Below are positions 9,556-17,511 of a stretch of DNA of 64,000 nt, piece by piece. Origin of the DNA: Spirochaetota bacterium (GTDB lineage: Bacteria; Spirochaetota; UBA4802; JAGODF01); the NCBI GenBank assembly GCA_029974015.1, contig JARKUF010000014.1:217-64216 (forward strand). The letters run 5' to 3'. The stretch's first letter is position 1; each line of letters starts with the position of its first letter. The position numbers and the translations under genes were made by a program. The notes under the pieces were generated by a model. The model was not told the origin of the DNA. It made no database searches and saw nothing but the letters and a program-made list of their open reading frames with translations.

Positions 9556-9597
9556 GTATGTTAAAAAAATAATGAAGACTGGCGGTGTTAGTGCTGA

Positions 9598-11631
9598 ATG
9601 CCCGATATTGAACTGAAAATTAGAAGCAGGGACATCGACACACTGATCGATACCATACGGCGGAACGTACAGGACGCCGATATCGACCTCATTCGCCGGG
9701 TCTACGAGTACTCTGAAAAGTCCCATAAAAAACAGCTACGCCTATCCGGTGAGCCCTACATCATCCACCCCATGGAGGTGGCAATAATCCTTGCCGGGAT
9801 AGGCCTCGATACCACGACAATCGCCGCGGCCCTTCTGCATGATGTAGTGGAGGACACGGGGAGCACCACGGAAGACATCACACGCCTCTTCGGGGAGGAC
9901 ATTGCCCTCCTGGTTGAAGGCGTGACAAAAATATCCTCCCTGAAAAAACAGTCGAAATCGAAAGAACAGGCACACAATCTTCGAAAGATGCTCCTTGCTA
10001 CTATCAAAGACGTCCGTGTCATTCTTATAAAGCTCGCCGACAAGCTACACAATATGCGGACCATCATGTTTCAGCCCGAAGCCAAACAGAGGGTGATAGC
10101 CCAGGAAGTATTGGACATCTACGCCCCCCTGGCTGGAAGGCTCGGAATTTCCAAGATCCGTTCAGAGCTTGAGGACCTGGCGTTCCACTGTCTTCACCAC
10201 GATGAGTATCACGAGATCGCAAGCAAGGTGGTGCGGCAAAAGCAAAAAACCGAGGAGTTTCTGGAATCGATACGGTCGATCCTTTTAAAAAAATTCGAAG
10301 AACTAAAGATTTCCGCAATAATCACCGGGCGGGTGAAGCACCACTATTCCATTTTTAGAAAAATGAACCGACAGAACAAAACCTTCGAGGATATTTTCGA
10401 CATACGCGCCATCAGGATCATCACCGATGAGATACGGGACTGCTACGGAATACTGGGTATCATCCACACCCTATGGGCGCCCATTGCTTCGCGCTTTAAG
10501 GATTACATAGCGGTGCCGAAATCGAACATGTACCAATCCCTCCATACTACGGTGATAGGTCCCGACAGCCATCCCCTGGAAATTCAAATCCGGACACCGG
10601 AAATGCACGCCACGGCGGAGAATGGAATTGCCGCCCACTGGCTCTATAAGGAGCAACAGGGAGAGGCCCATAACGGATACCGAGACCTCACGATCATCAA
10701 GAACCTGGACAAACTCGAAGACGAAACGGACACCCGGGAGTTCATGAAAGAACTCAAAATGGACCTCTACGAGGACGAGATTTTCGTCTTCACTCCGAAG
10801 GGGAAAATTGTGAAGCTCGCCTCGGGGTCCACGCCTGTCGATTTCGCCTACGCCATCCACTCCGAGGTCGGTTCACACTGCACCGGAGCAAGAGTGAACA
10901 ACATGATGGTGCCCTTGAAGACGCGCCTGAAAAGCGGGGACATCGTGGAGATAATGACAAGCGCCAAGGGGCATCCATCGGAATCTTGGCTGAAATTTGT
11001 CCGTTCATCCAATGCCAGATATAAAATCAGGAGCTATCTGCGGCGCACCGGCAAGCCGGAAAGAGAGAGGGAGCGGCGGGAAGAGGCGCCGAAGCCGGAG
11101 CAGTCGGTGGAAGTGACGATCCCCGAAAAGGACCTCATCAAGATTAAAAAGGTCAATCTGAAAAGCAGAGTAGGCCTTACCATCGACGGAAATTCCAACG
11201 TGCTCATAAGGCTTTCCCAGTGCTGTCAGCCCATACCGGGCGACGATGTCGTTGGCTTCATTACCAGGGGCCGCGGCATCACCGTCCATAAGAAAAACTG
11301 CCCTTCTCTGAAACGGATGCGCATGGAAAAGGAGCGGTTCATTAACATCAAATGGGAAGAGGAATACGGCTCGAACACATATCCCGTGAAACTCCATGTG
11401 TACGGTTTCGACAGGCCTAACCTCCTAAAAGACCTTGCCGAGGAGATATCCCTCCGCGAATCTAATATCCTCAAGGTCGAGGCCCAGGTTGTAGAAAACG
11501 CCAACGCGGAATTTAAAATGGTCCTTGAGGTGCGCAACATAGATCACCTGAACAAAATCATCAAACATCTCCTAACCATAAAAAACATCACCAATGTGTA
11601 CAAGGTCAACGAAAAAGTTGTGCTGAAATGA
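9598..11631 (+). CDS. relA: Bifunctional (p)ppGpp synthetase/hydrolase RelA/SpoT
   Basis: 677 aa. HD hydrolase motif (HPMEVA...LLHDVVEDT), synthetase domain (DIRAIRIIT, RFKDYIAVPKSNMYQSLHTTV), TGS and ACT-like C-terminus. Confidence 0.9.
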   Translation: MPDIELKIRSRDIDTLIDTIRRNVQDADIDLIRRVYEYSEKSHKKQLRLSGEPYIIHPMEVAIILAGIGLDTTTIAAALLHDVVEDTGSTTEDITRLFGEDIALLVEGVTKISSLKKQSKSKEQAHNLRKMLLATIKDVRVILIKLADKLHNMRTIMFQPEAKQRVIAQEVLDIYAPLAGRLGISKIRSELEDLAFHCLHHDEYHEIASKVVRQKQKTEEFLESIRSILLKKFEELKISAIITGRVKHHYSIFRKMNRQNKTFEDIFDIRAIRIITDEIRDCYGILGIIHTLWAPIASRFKDYIAVPKSNMYQSLHTTVIGPDSHPLEIQIRTPEMHATAENGIAAHWLYKEQQGEAHNGYRDLTIIKNLDKLEDETDTREFMKELKMDLYEDEIFVFTPKGKIVKLASGSTPVDFAYAIHSEVGSHCTGARVNNMMVPLKTRLKSGDIVEIMTSAKGHPSESWLKFVRSSNARYKIRSYLRRTGKPERERERREEAPKPEQSVEVTIPEKDLIKIKKVNLKSRVGLTIDGNSNVLIRLSQCCQPIPGDDVVGFITRGRGITVHKKNCPSLKRMRMEKERFINIKWEEEYGSNTYPVKLHVYGFDRPNLLKDLAEEISLRESNILKVEAQVVENANAEFKMVLEVRNIDHLNKIIKHLLTIKNITNVYKVNEKVVLK

Positions 11632-12260
11632 GAGTAATCCTCGCTTCAACATCGCCGAGGCGAAAAACCATCTTGGAAAGCGTCATCCCTTCTTTCGAAA
11701 TCATCGCCCCCTGTGTCGACGAATCGTCATTCACCTGGGAAAAACCCCACAGCCACACAGAAAGGGTTTCAGCGATGAAAGCGGAATATGCCCTATCCAG
11801 CTCGGGGCGAGGCGGCGAAATCCTGGTTATCGCCTCCGACACTATCGTCACTTATGAGGGCAGGATCATCGGAAAACCCGCCGATTACGAGGATGCCGTG
11901 CTCACCCTCACTGCTTTAAGCGGGAAAACTCACTCCGTAGTGACGGCGGTCACTATCATCCACGATAAAGGGATGCTGAAAAGGGCCACGTCCTCGGAGG
12001 AAACGTCCGTGACTTTTAGAAAACTCGATGGGGAAGCGATTCGGAAGTACCTTTCCCTTGTCGAATACGCCGACAAGGCCGGTTCCTACGCCGTCCAGGA
12101 GTACGGGGAGATGATCGTCGCGTCATTGCGGGGTTCCCTTACAAACGTGATCGGCTTCCCCCTCAGGAAGTTTTTCGCCATGCTGGCGGACCTCGGTCTC
12201 TTAAATCGTGTTTTCCCCGGCCCGGAAGCCCATTTGCCCAACCCTACAATGAGGCCGTGA
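11628..12260 (+). CDS. maf: Maf-like nucleoside triphosphate pyrophosphatase
   Basis: 210 aa, MRVILASTSPRRKTILE ... VIASDTIV. Its ATG overlaps the relA stop (ATGA). Confidence 0.85.
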   Translation: MRVILASTSPRRKTILESVIPSFEIIAPCVDESSFTWEKPHSHTERVSAMKAEYALSSSGRGGEILVIASDTIVTYEGRIIGKPADYEDAVLTLTALSGKTHSVVTAVTIIHDKGMLKRATSSEETSVTFRKLDGEAIRKYLSLVEYADKAGSYAVQEYGEMIVASLRGSLTNVIGFPLRKFFAMLADLGLLNRVFPGPEAHLPNPTMRP

Positions 12261-12293
12261 GAAAGGGCTTGACACTGCCGCCTGTCTCTGTTC

Positions 12294-13433
12294 ATGTCGA
12301 CTCTGCATATCCGCTGTCCAACTGATGTTAGCAATAATTCCGAGGTATTTATGATATATTCTCGCATTGTCGGTACGGCATCCTCCCGAATTATCCGGGC
12401 GGTGTTGTTCTCGGTCATGGTTCTCTGTTTGTACGTGACCGAAAGTGTTTGTGCACCAGCGAAGGCCTCAGCGCAAACGGCCCACAATTCCCTATTGGAA
12501 CTCTTCAAGGGCACGCCGGAGGAAAAGGTCACGCCCACCAGATGGGAAATAGGAAATACTATAATCTCAAATGAGGACAGGCTGGAGCTTTTCAAGGCTT
12601 CAGTGGAAAACCTCGGAGGCGGGTACGTGGGACTTGGGGGCACCCAGAATTTTCTCCTCGCTTCATGGGCCGGTTCAGAATGGATGTGGCTCTTCGATTT
12701 CACCTCCAGGGTCGTCATGGCAAACAGGATACATGTGGCATTTCTAAAAAATGCAACGACTCCCCGGGAGTTTAGAGAGCTTTGGATGAAAAAATCCAAA
12801 AAAAAGGCGATGGAGATAATCGATACAGAGTTTGCGAAAGACCCGGAGCTTCAGTATGCGAAGAAAACATGGAACATCGGCCTCGGGTATATTCCCTGGA
12901 GGTTCCGTAACCTCGACCGCGTCACGAAAAAATACGGCTACAAGATATGGCTCAACGACCAGACCTATTTCGACAGGGTGCGGAATCTGGCCCTTCAAAA
13001 CCGCATCATCGCAAGGAAGGGAAACCTCAACGGCACGGTGACGCTTCTCGGCATCGCTGAAACGGCGAAGAAAATGGGCGTCCCGATTCGCATAGTATAC
13101 CTCTCGAACGCCGAAGAGTATATCAGCAATTACCAGGAACAGTACCGTAAAAATTTCATTGCCATGCCCGTTGACGCAAAGTCGGTCCTGCTCAGGACGA
13201 ATTCTGTGTTCCGCACTCTTTTCCCATGGGCCCCCGACTCTGAAATTTCCACCGATAAAGGTTTTCATTACAATGTGATGCCCATGCAGGTTTTCCAGGA
13301 ATGGCTTTCCCTTCCACTCCAAAAGCTTAGAGTTGTCGATATGATGAAACACGGAGAAGTTGATAAAAAAAACGGCTTCAGCGTGGTTAAAGCCGTTCCT
13401 GAATGCGTGAAAAAAGACCCGGGAGTGAAATGA
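12294..13433 (+). CDS. Hypothetical secreted protein
   Basis: 379-aa ORF with an N-terminal hydrophobic segment and coding-like composition. No confident family assignment. Stop is 1 nt before the FGE-family gene start. Confidence 0.5.
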   Translation: MSTLHIRCPTDVSNNSEVFMIYSRIVGTASSRIIRAVLFSVMVLCLYVTESVCAPAKASAQTAHNSLLELFKGTPEEKVTPTRWEIGNTIISNEDRLELFKASVENLGGGYVGLGGTQNFLLASWAGSEWMWLFDFTSRVVMANRIHVAFLKNATTPREFRELWMKKSKKKAMEIIDTEFAKDPELQYAKKTWNIGLGYIPWRFRNLDRVTKKYGYKIWLNDQTYFDRVRNLALQNRIIARKGNLNGTVTLLGIAETAKKMGVPIRIVYLSNAEEYISNYQEQYRKNFIAMPVDAKSVLLRTNSVFRTLFPWAPDSEISTDKGFHYNVMPMQVFQEWLSLPLQKLRVVDMMKHGEVDKKNGFSVVKAVPECVKKDPGVK

Positions 13434-13434
13434 A

Positions 13435-14307
13435 ATGTCGCATCGCATCTCTCCCTTTATCGCTTCGTCGATAACATCAATAGCCCTCGCAACGCACTTT
13501 GCCTGCGGCGCCGTAGGCGGCACTTCGGATGCCGGCCACATCGATTGTGCATGCCTGGAAGTCCCTCAAGGCATGAAGTGCATTCCCGGCGGCGTATTTA
13601 TACGAGGAAGCAACCGAACAACTGTCGACGAAGACAGCGGCAGGAAGGTTAAAGATGAGTATCCAGAGGGCCCAGTCGAAGTAAGCACTTTTTTTATGGA
13701 TACCGATGAAGTAACCTTTGCAAACTACCAGGAATGCGTGAAGGCGAAAGCCTGTCCACCGGCAAGGCCTAATTATCGGGGATACAGCCGGGCGAACCAG
13801 CCGATGCTGGGCGTCAACTGGTACCATGCCCGGGATTACTGCCGATGGAAGGGAAAGCGCCTACCCACGGAAGCAGAATGGGAAAAAGCGGCCCGTGGCG
13901 ATCACGGAGAGCTGTACCCATGGGGTAACGAAAAACCGGATTGCACCAGGGCGATCATCCAGGAAAAGAAAGTAAAAGGATGCGGGAAAGGCACCACCTG
14001 GGACGTAGGCTCCCGCCCGGCCTACCGTTATGGTTTACGTGACATGGCAGGTAACTCCTGGGAATGGGTCAACGATTGGTACAGCCCCGACTACAAGGAG
14101 TGTGGGGCTCTATGTTTCGGCAGAGACCCACGGGGTCCCTGCAATGGCGCTGAAAAATGCCCTGGTCACACCAAAAAAATCGTACGTGGAGGTTCGTGGT
14201 GGTGGGACGGCCCCTATGCCCTGGGGCATAACCGTCGGCCCCATTATCCTTCGAACAAGCCTTATCACCATTTCGGTTTCAGATGCGCCAAAACGGCAAA
14301 GTATTAA
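13435..14307 (+). CDS. Formylglycine-generating enzyme (SUMF1/FGE-sulfatase) family protein
   Basis: 290 aa. FGE-family motifs MAGNSWEWVNDWY and RGGSWWWDGPYALGHNRR. N-terminal lipoprotein/signal-like segment. Confidence 0.8.
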   Translation: MSHRISPFIASSITSIALATHFACGAVGGTSDAGHIDCACLEVPQGMKCIPGGVFIRGSNRTTVDEDSGRKVKDEYPEGPVEVSTFFMDTDEVTFANYQECVKAKACPPARPNYRGYSRANQPMLGVNWYHARDYCRWKGKRLPTEAEWEKAARGDHGELYPWGNEKPDCTRAIIQEKKVKGCGKGTTWDVGSRPAYRYGLRDMAGNSWEWVNDWYSPDYKECGALCFGRDPRGPCNGAEKCPGHTKKIVRGGSWWWDGPYALGHNRRPHYPSNKPYHHFGFRCAKTAKY

Positions 14308-14376
14308 GGACTGCAAATGACATTTTTTATTGACGTGGAGCCTTGATAGGCCTATACTACATTATTATTGAGTTAT

Positions 14377-14465
14377 GGCAATCTCTAATATTAGGCTTTC
14401 CCGCCCGCCTTCGGCGGGCGGGAGAATGAAGTTTTTGTGACTGCCCTTAATTTTAAGAGGTTCCC
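14377..14465. repeat. Intergenic modular hairpin repeat (copy R5)
   Basis: ggcaatctctaatatt + hairpin ctttcccgcccgccTTCGgcgggcgggaga + gtttttgtgactgcccttaattttaagaggttccc. Confidence 0.85.
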
Positions 14466-14523
14466 TTATATTGTTCCTTGCTGTAATATTTTTCGAATCG
14501 TGTAATTTTGGAATTGTAACACC

Positions 14524-15123
14524 ATGTTCAAGGGTGGAAACGTGAAAAAAGAGATAAATTTTCTCGACAGCTTTTCCGCTGACACCTCAATCATCCCAAA
14601 TATTATTAATAACCTCATGAAAAATCTTGAGGTTATGGATTATCCACGCGAAGAGATCGATGAAATTGTCCTTTCCATGGACGAAGCCATTACCAACGCC
14701 GTACAGGAGACAATACGGAAAAAATGCGATTCTGCACCTAAAGAACCATGCTGTGAACAGCGGGAAATCACCATCAGATACAATATTACGTCATTCAATT
14801 TTGATGCAACCATCATCGACCGCGGTTGCGGTCTTGACATAGACTCCCTTGTGGGTATCATCCCCGACAGTTCCGCCGTCGATTATCATAATCAAATTGT
14901 TCGATATGCGACAGAGTCCGAACGAAAAAAGCTCATCGTCCGCGTTAATGGAAAGGAAATCATATTGAAGGGGATCGGAGCGGGGTTAAAAATAATACTC
15001 GCCTTTATGGACAATATAACTATCGACCTCATCGATAAAAAAAAGATTATCTCAAACAGCGTTTCCGAATTTACCGACGGCACTATCCTCAATATCAAAA
15101 GGCGTAGACGGTATTCTCCATGA
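14524..15123 (+). CDS. Anti-sigma regulatory factor-like GHKL ATPase (RsbW/SpoIIAB-like)
   Basis: 199 aa. N-box-like LSMDEAITNAVQE and G-box-like GIGAGLKIILAFMD. Translationally coupled to the next gene (ATGA). Confidence 0.6.
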   Translation: MFKGGNVKKEINFLDSFSADTSIIPNIINNLMKNLEVMDYPREEIDEIVLSMDEAITNAVQETIRKKCDSAPKEPCCEQREITIRYNITSFNFDATIIDRGCGLDIDSLVGIIPDSSAVDYHNQIVRYATESERKKLIVRVNGKEIILKGIGAGLKIILAFMDNITIDLIDKKKIISNSVSEFTDGTILNIKRRRRYSP

Positions 15124-15884
15124 CGTTGAGGGCCCGGAAAGCGTACGACAACCAGGATTTTCTCAACTCCCGGGATGCGCGCACCGTGAGGATACTTTGC
15201 GAATACCTGGAACCGGAAAAGAGGCTCGAAGATTGCGAAGTGTCGAATACCGTTGTCTTTTTCGGGTCCGCAAGGCTGGGTCCGGAAGGCGCCGCGGGAG
15301 AACGAATGGAGGGGTATTATTGGGCTGCGGAAGAGCTCGCGTTTCGCCTTGCCACCTGGTCGAAAACGATGGCGAAAAAGGAACATATGTTTCATGTGTG
15401 TACGGGGGGCGGGCCCGGTATTATGGAAGCGGCCAACCGGGGCGCCAGGCGCGCCGGCGCCGATACCATAGGCTACAATATCTCTCTCCCTTTTGAACAG
15501 CATCCTAACGAATTTATTTCGGAAAAACTTAATTTTGAGTTTCACTATTTTTTCATGAGAAAGCTCTGGTTCATATACCACGCAAAGGCCGTCATCGTAT
15601 TTCCGGGAGGATTTGGAACTTTTGACGAACTTTTCGAGATCCTCACTTTGAAGCAGACGAAAACACTTGAAAAAGCGGAAATCCCCATACTTCTATACGA
15701 TGAGATATTTTGGCGCGAAATGGTGAATTTTGAAGGGCTCGCAGAGCGCGGACTTATATCACATGAGGACCTAAACATCTTTCACTACGTTTCAAGTCCC
15801 GAAGAGGGGTTTGAATACCTTAAGCCGCGACTTATTAGTTTGATTGATGATGTCAACGGCATATTCCATGATGGGAACCCCTAA
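15120..15884 (+). CDS. LOG family (TIGR00730, Rossmann-fold nucleotide-binding) protein
   Basis: 254 aa. LOG signatures GGGPGIMEAANRGA and PGGFGTFDELFE. Its last codons and stop (ggg aac ccc taa) lie inside repeat copy R6. Confidence 0.8.
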   Translation: MTLRARKAYDNQDFLNSRDARTVRILCEYLEPEKRLEDCEVSNTVVFFGSARLGPEGAAGERMEGYYWAAEELAFRLATWSKTMAKKEHMFHVCTGGGPGIMEAANRGARRAGADTIGYNISLPFEQHPNEFISEKLNFEFHYFFMRKLWFIYHAKAVIVFPGGFGTFDELFEILTLKQTKTLEKAEIPILLYDEIFWREMVNFEGLAERGLISHEDLNIFHYVSSPEEGFEYLKPRLISLIDDVNGIFHDGNP

Positions 15885-15922
15885 AAATTGGTTTTTAGTA
15901 TCCCATAATATTTGACGTTGCC
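15873..15922. repeat. Repeat fragment (copy R6) overlapping the LOG gene stop codon
   Basis: gggaacccctaaaaattggtttttagtatcccataatatttgacgttgcc. Palindromic AT-cored module plus a 'cccataa..ttgcc' tail. Shares the gggaacc...aaaaatt...ttttag pattern with R3, R4 and R10. Confidence 0.7.
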
Positions 15923-15957
15923 TGAAGTTTGATACATTATTCTCAATTGTCACCGGG

Positions 15958-16650
15958 GTGCACATGAAAAAGGTATTTATCTGCGCCGTTCTCTTGGTCG
16001 CTTTTTTGTTCGGGACCCGGGAATCTTCACTCCAGGGCGGACCCCGTTACAAAAAACACAGGAACGGCACATTCAATTATGAAATAATCGTACCTGCGCG
16101 CTGGCAGACCGACGAAGTAACCCTGGAAAAAAAGCATATCTTCCTCGCCTGCCGGGGCAGACATGAAATTAAAGTCAGGGCCTTTTTGTCGGAAAACCCG
16201 AAAATTGACTCGGTTATCCATAAACGAAGCTGGAACCTCAGGGAGATCGATCCCCTGTTGAACAGGATCCTGGAAACTGAAAAGATATCCGTGAAAAAGA
16301 ACGTTGAGGGAAAACTCCTCGTTTTTGAGTATCGATCTCACCGCAAGAAGATGCTCATGAGGACCATGGTACGCCGTGAAAACAATACAATATATATTAT
16401 TGACTGCAAATCTCCGGTGGATGGTTTTTACAGAAACGAGGAGGCTTTCAATATAGCCCTTTCAAGCTTCAAAATCCTTTCCGGCGGCGCGGAAAACGGC
16501 CAGGATGAGAGCGGGCGCCTGGAAGAGGAAGAAGGGCTTGCCAGCTTTTCCGATGGGGAAACCGATAAGGACACGCCCGTAAGATCAGGAGAGCGCAAGG
16601 TTACACCGAAGGGGCAGTTCTTTGAGGAACAATTCTTCGAAATGGATTAG
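15958..16650 (+). CDS. Hypothetical secreted/lipoprotein
   Basis: 230 aa with a signal peptide (MHMKKVFICAVLLVAFLFG) and an acidic Gly/Glu-rich C-terminus. No family assigned. Confidence 0.5.
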   Translation: MHMKKVFICAVLLVAFLFGTRESSLQGGPRYKKHRNGTFNYEIIVPARWQTDEVTLEKKHIFLACRGRHEIKVRAFLSENPKIDSVIHKRSWNLREIDPLLNRILETEKISVKKNVEGKLLVFEYRSHRKKMLMRTMVRRENNTIYIIDCKSPVDGFYRNEEAFNIALSSFKILSGGAENGQDESGRLEEEEGLASFSDGETDKDTPVRSGERKVTPKGQFFEEQFFEMD

Positions 16651-16696
16651 CCCCGGAGAAGATGTCCTCTGCCCGGATACACGCCATACCCCGCTG

Positions 16697-16781
16697 TGCC
16701 CAAGGCCGGACTTGAACCGGCACGGACAAAAAGCCCAAGGGATTTTAAGTCCCTTGTGTCTACCTATTCCACCACTTGGGC
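16697..16781 (-). tRNA. tRNA-Leu (anticodon TAA)
   Basis: Reverse complement reads GCCCAAGTGGTGGAATAGGTAGACACAAGGGACTTAAAATCCCTTGGGCTTTTTGTCCGTGCCGGTTCAAGTCCGGCCTTGGGCA. Cloverleaf has a long variable arm, anticodon loop CTTAAAA and T-loop GGTTCAAGTCC. Confidence 0.85.
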
Positions 16782-16843
16782 GACGAATCCTCTTTCTTCT
16801 TTTCAATTTCGACTTTTATATTATTCCTACTATTCCTAATTGA

Positions 16844-16963
16844 GGGAACCGCTTAAACTTATATTTTTAAGATTATTAAAAATTGTAATTACTGGCAGAC
16901 TCAGAACTTGGGTTTTCCCTCCCGCCGAAGGCGTGCGGGAAAACCCTATAATTGGAGGTTGCC
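16844..16963. repeat. Modular hairpin repeat (copy R7) between two tRNA genes
   Basis: gggaaccgcttaaacttatatttttaag + aaaaattgtaattactggcagactcagaa + cttgggttttccctcccgccgaaggcgtgcgggaaaaccc + tataattggaggttgcc. Ends 7 nt from the tRNA-Cys 3' end. Confidence 0.85.
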
Positions 16964-16970
16964 TTAATTT

Positions 16971-17043
16971 AGGCGCCGAGCGGATTCGAACCGCTGAATA
17001 AAGGTTTTGCAGACCTCTCCCTTAGCCACTTGGGTACGGCGCC
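16971..17043 (-). tRNA. tRNA-Cys (anticodon GCA)
   Basis: Reverse complement reads GGCGCCGTACCCAAGTGGCTAAGGGAGAGGTCTGCAAAACCTTTATTCAGCGGTTCGAATCCGCTCGGCGCCT. Acceptor stem GGCGCCG/CGGCGCC, anticodon loop CTGCAAA and T-loop GGTTCGAATCC. Confidence 0.8.
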
Positions 17044-17230
17044 GTGCGAACAGCCCTTCGTTTTTTTCATGAACATGAAAAGTATCACAGCAGGTAATGT
17101 CAACAATATTTTCCGGGCCGGAGTTCATCAAAAAAATGGTCGGTATTACATATACGCCCTATGCAAAATGTCTTACATGAGTTCTGAGAAAAATAAAACG
17201 ACCCCGTTTAGGTATTGCACAAAATAAATA

Positions 17231-17276
17231 GGGAACCCCAAAATTTTTAGGTAGCACTTGGGTTTTCCAGGTTGGG
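17231..17276. repeat. Degenerate repeat fragment (copy R8) in AT-rich leader
   Basis: gggaaccccaaaatttttaggtagcacttgggttttccaggttggg. Shares gggaacc..aaaattttt and cttgggttttcc with other copies. Confidence 0.5.
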
Positions 17277-17511
17277 ATAAAACAATTGCTGAGCAGACTT
17301 GCGAATTTTCAAGAATAATGGGTTCAAAGCAACTGTATTCTCCTGTACTAAGGCTACAAAAAAAGCGGATAAAAATGAGCTTCTTCAGTATCAAAACAGG
17401 TATAACTATTGACAACTTGGATTCCTGCTTCAAGATTGGCCCAGGTTGGGCCTTATATTAAAGGATACATAGCGATGGGCTATAACTAACACACTTCTAC
17501 AGGAGGTATTT

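Noticed and set aside
17030-17461. Small ORFs (17030..17227 +, 17173..17433 -, 17258..17461 +) in the AT-rich leader of the beta-oxidation operon
   Set aside because: The region is AT-rich with stop-dense frames, and the ORFs overlap one another. They are more plausibly promoter/operator DNA.
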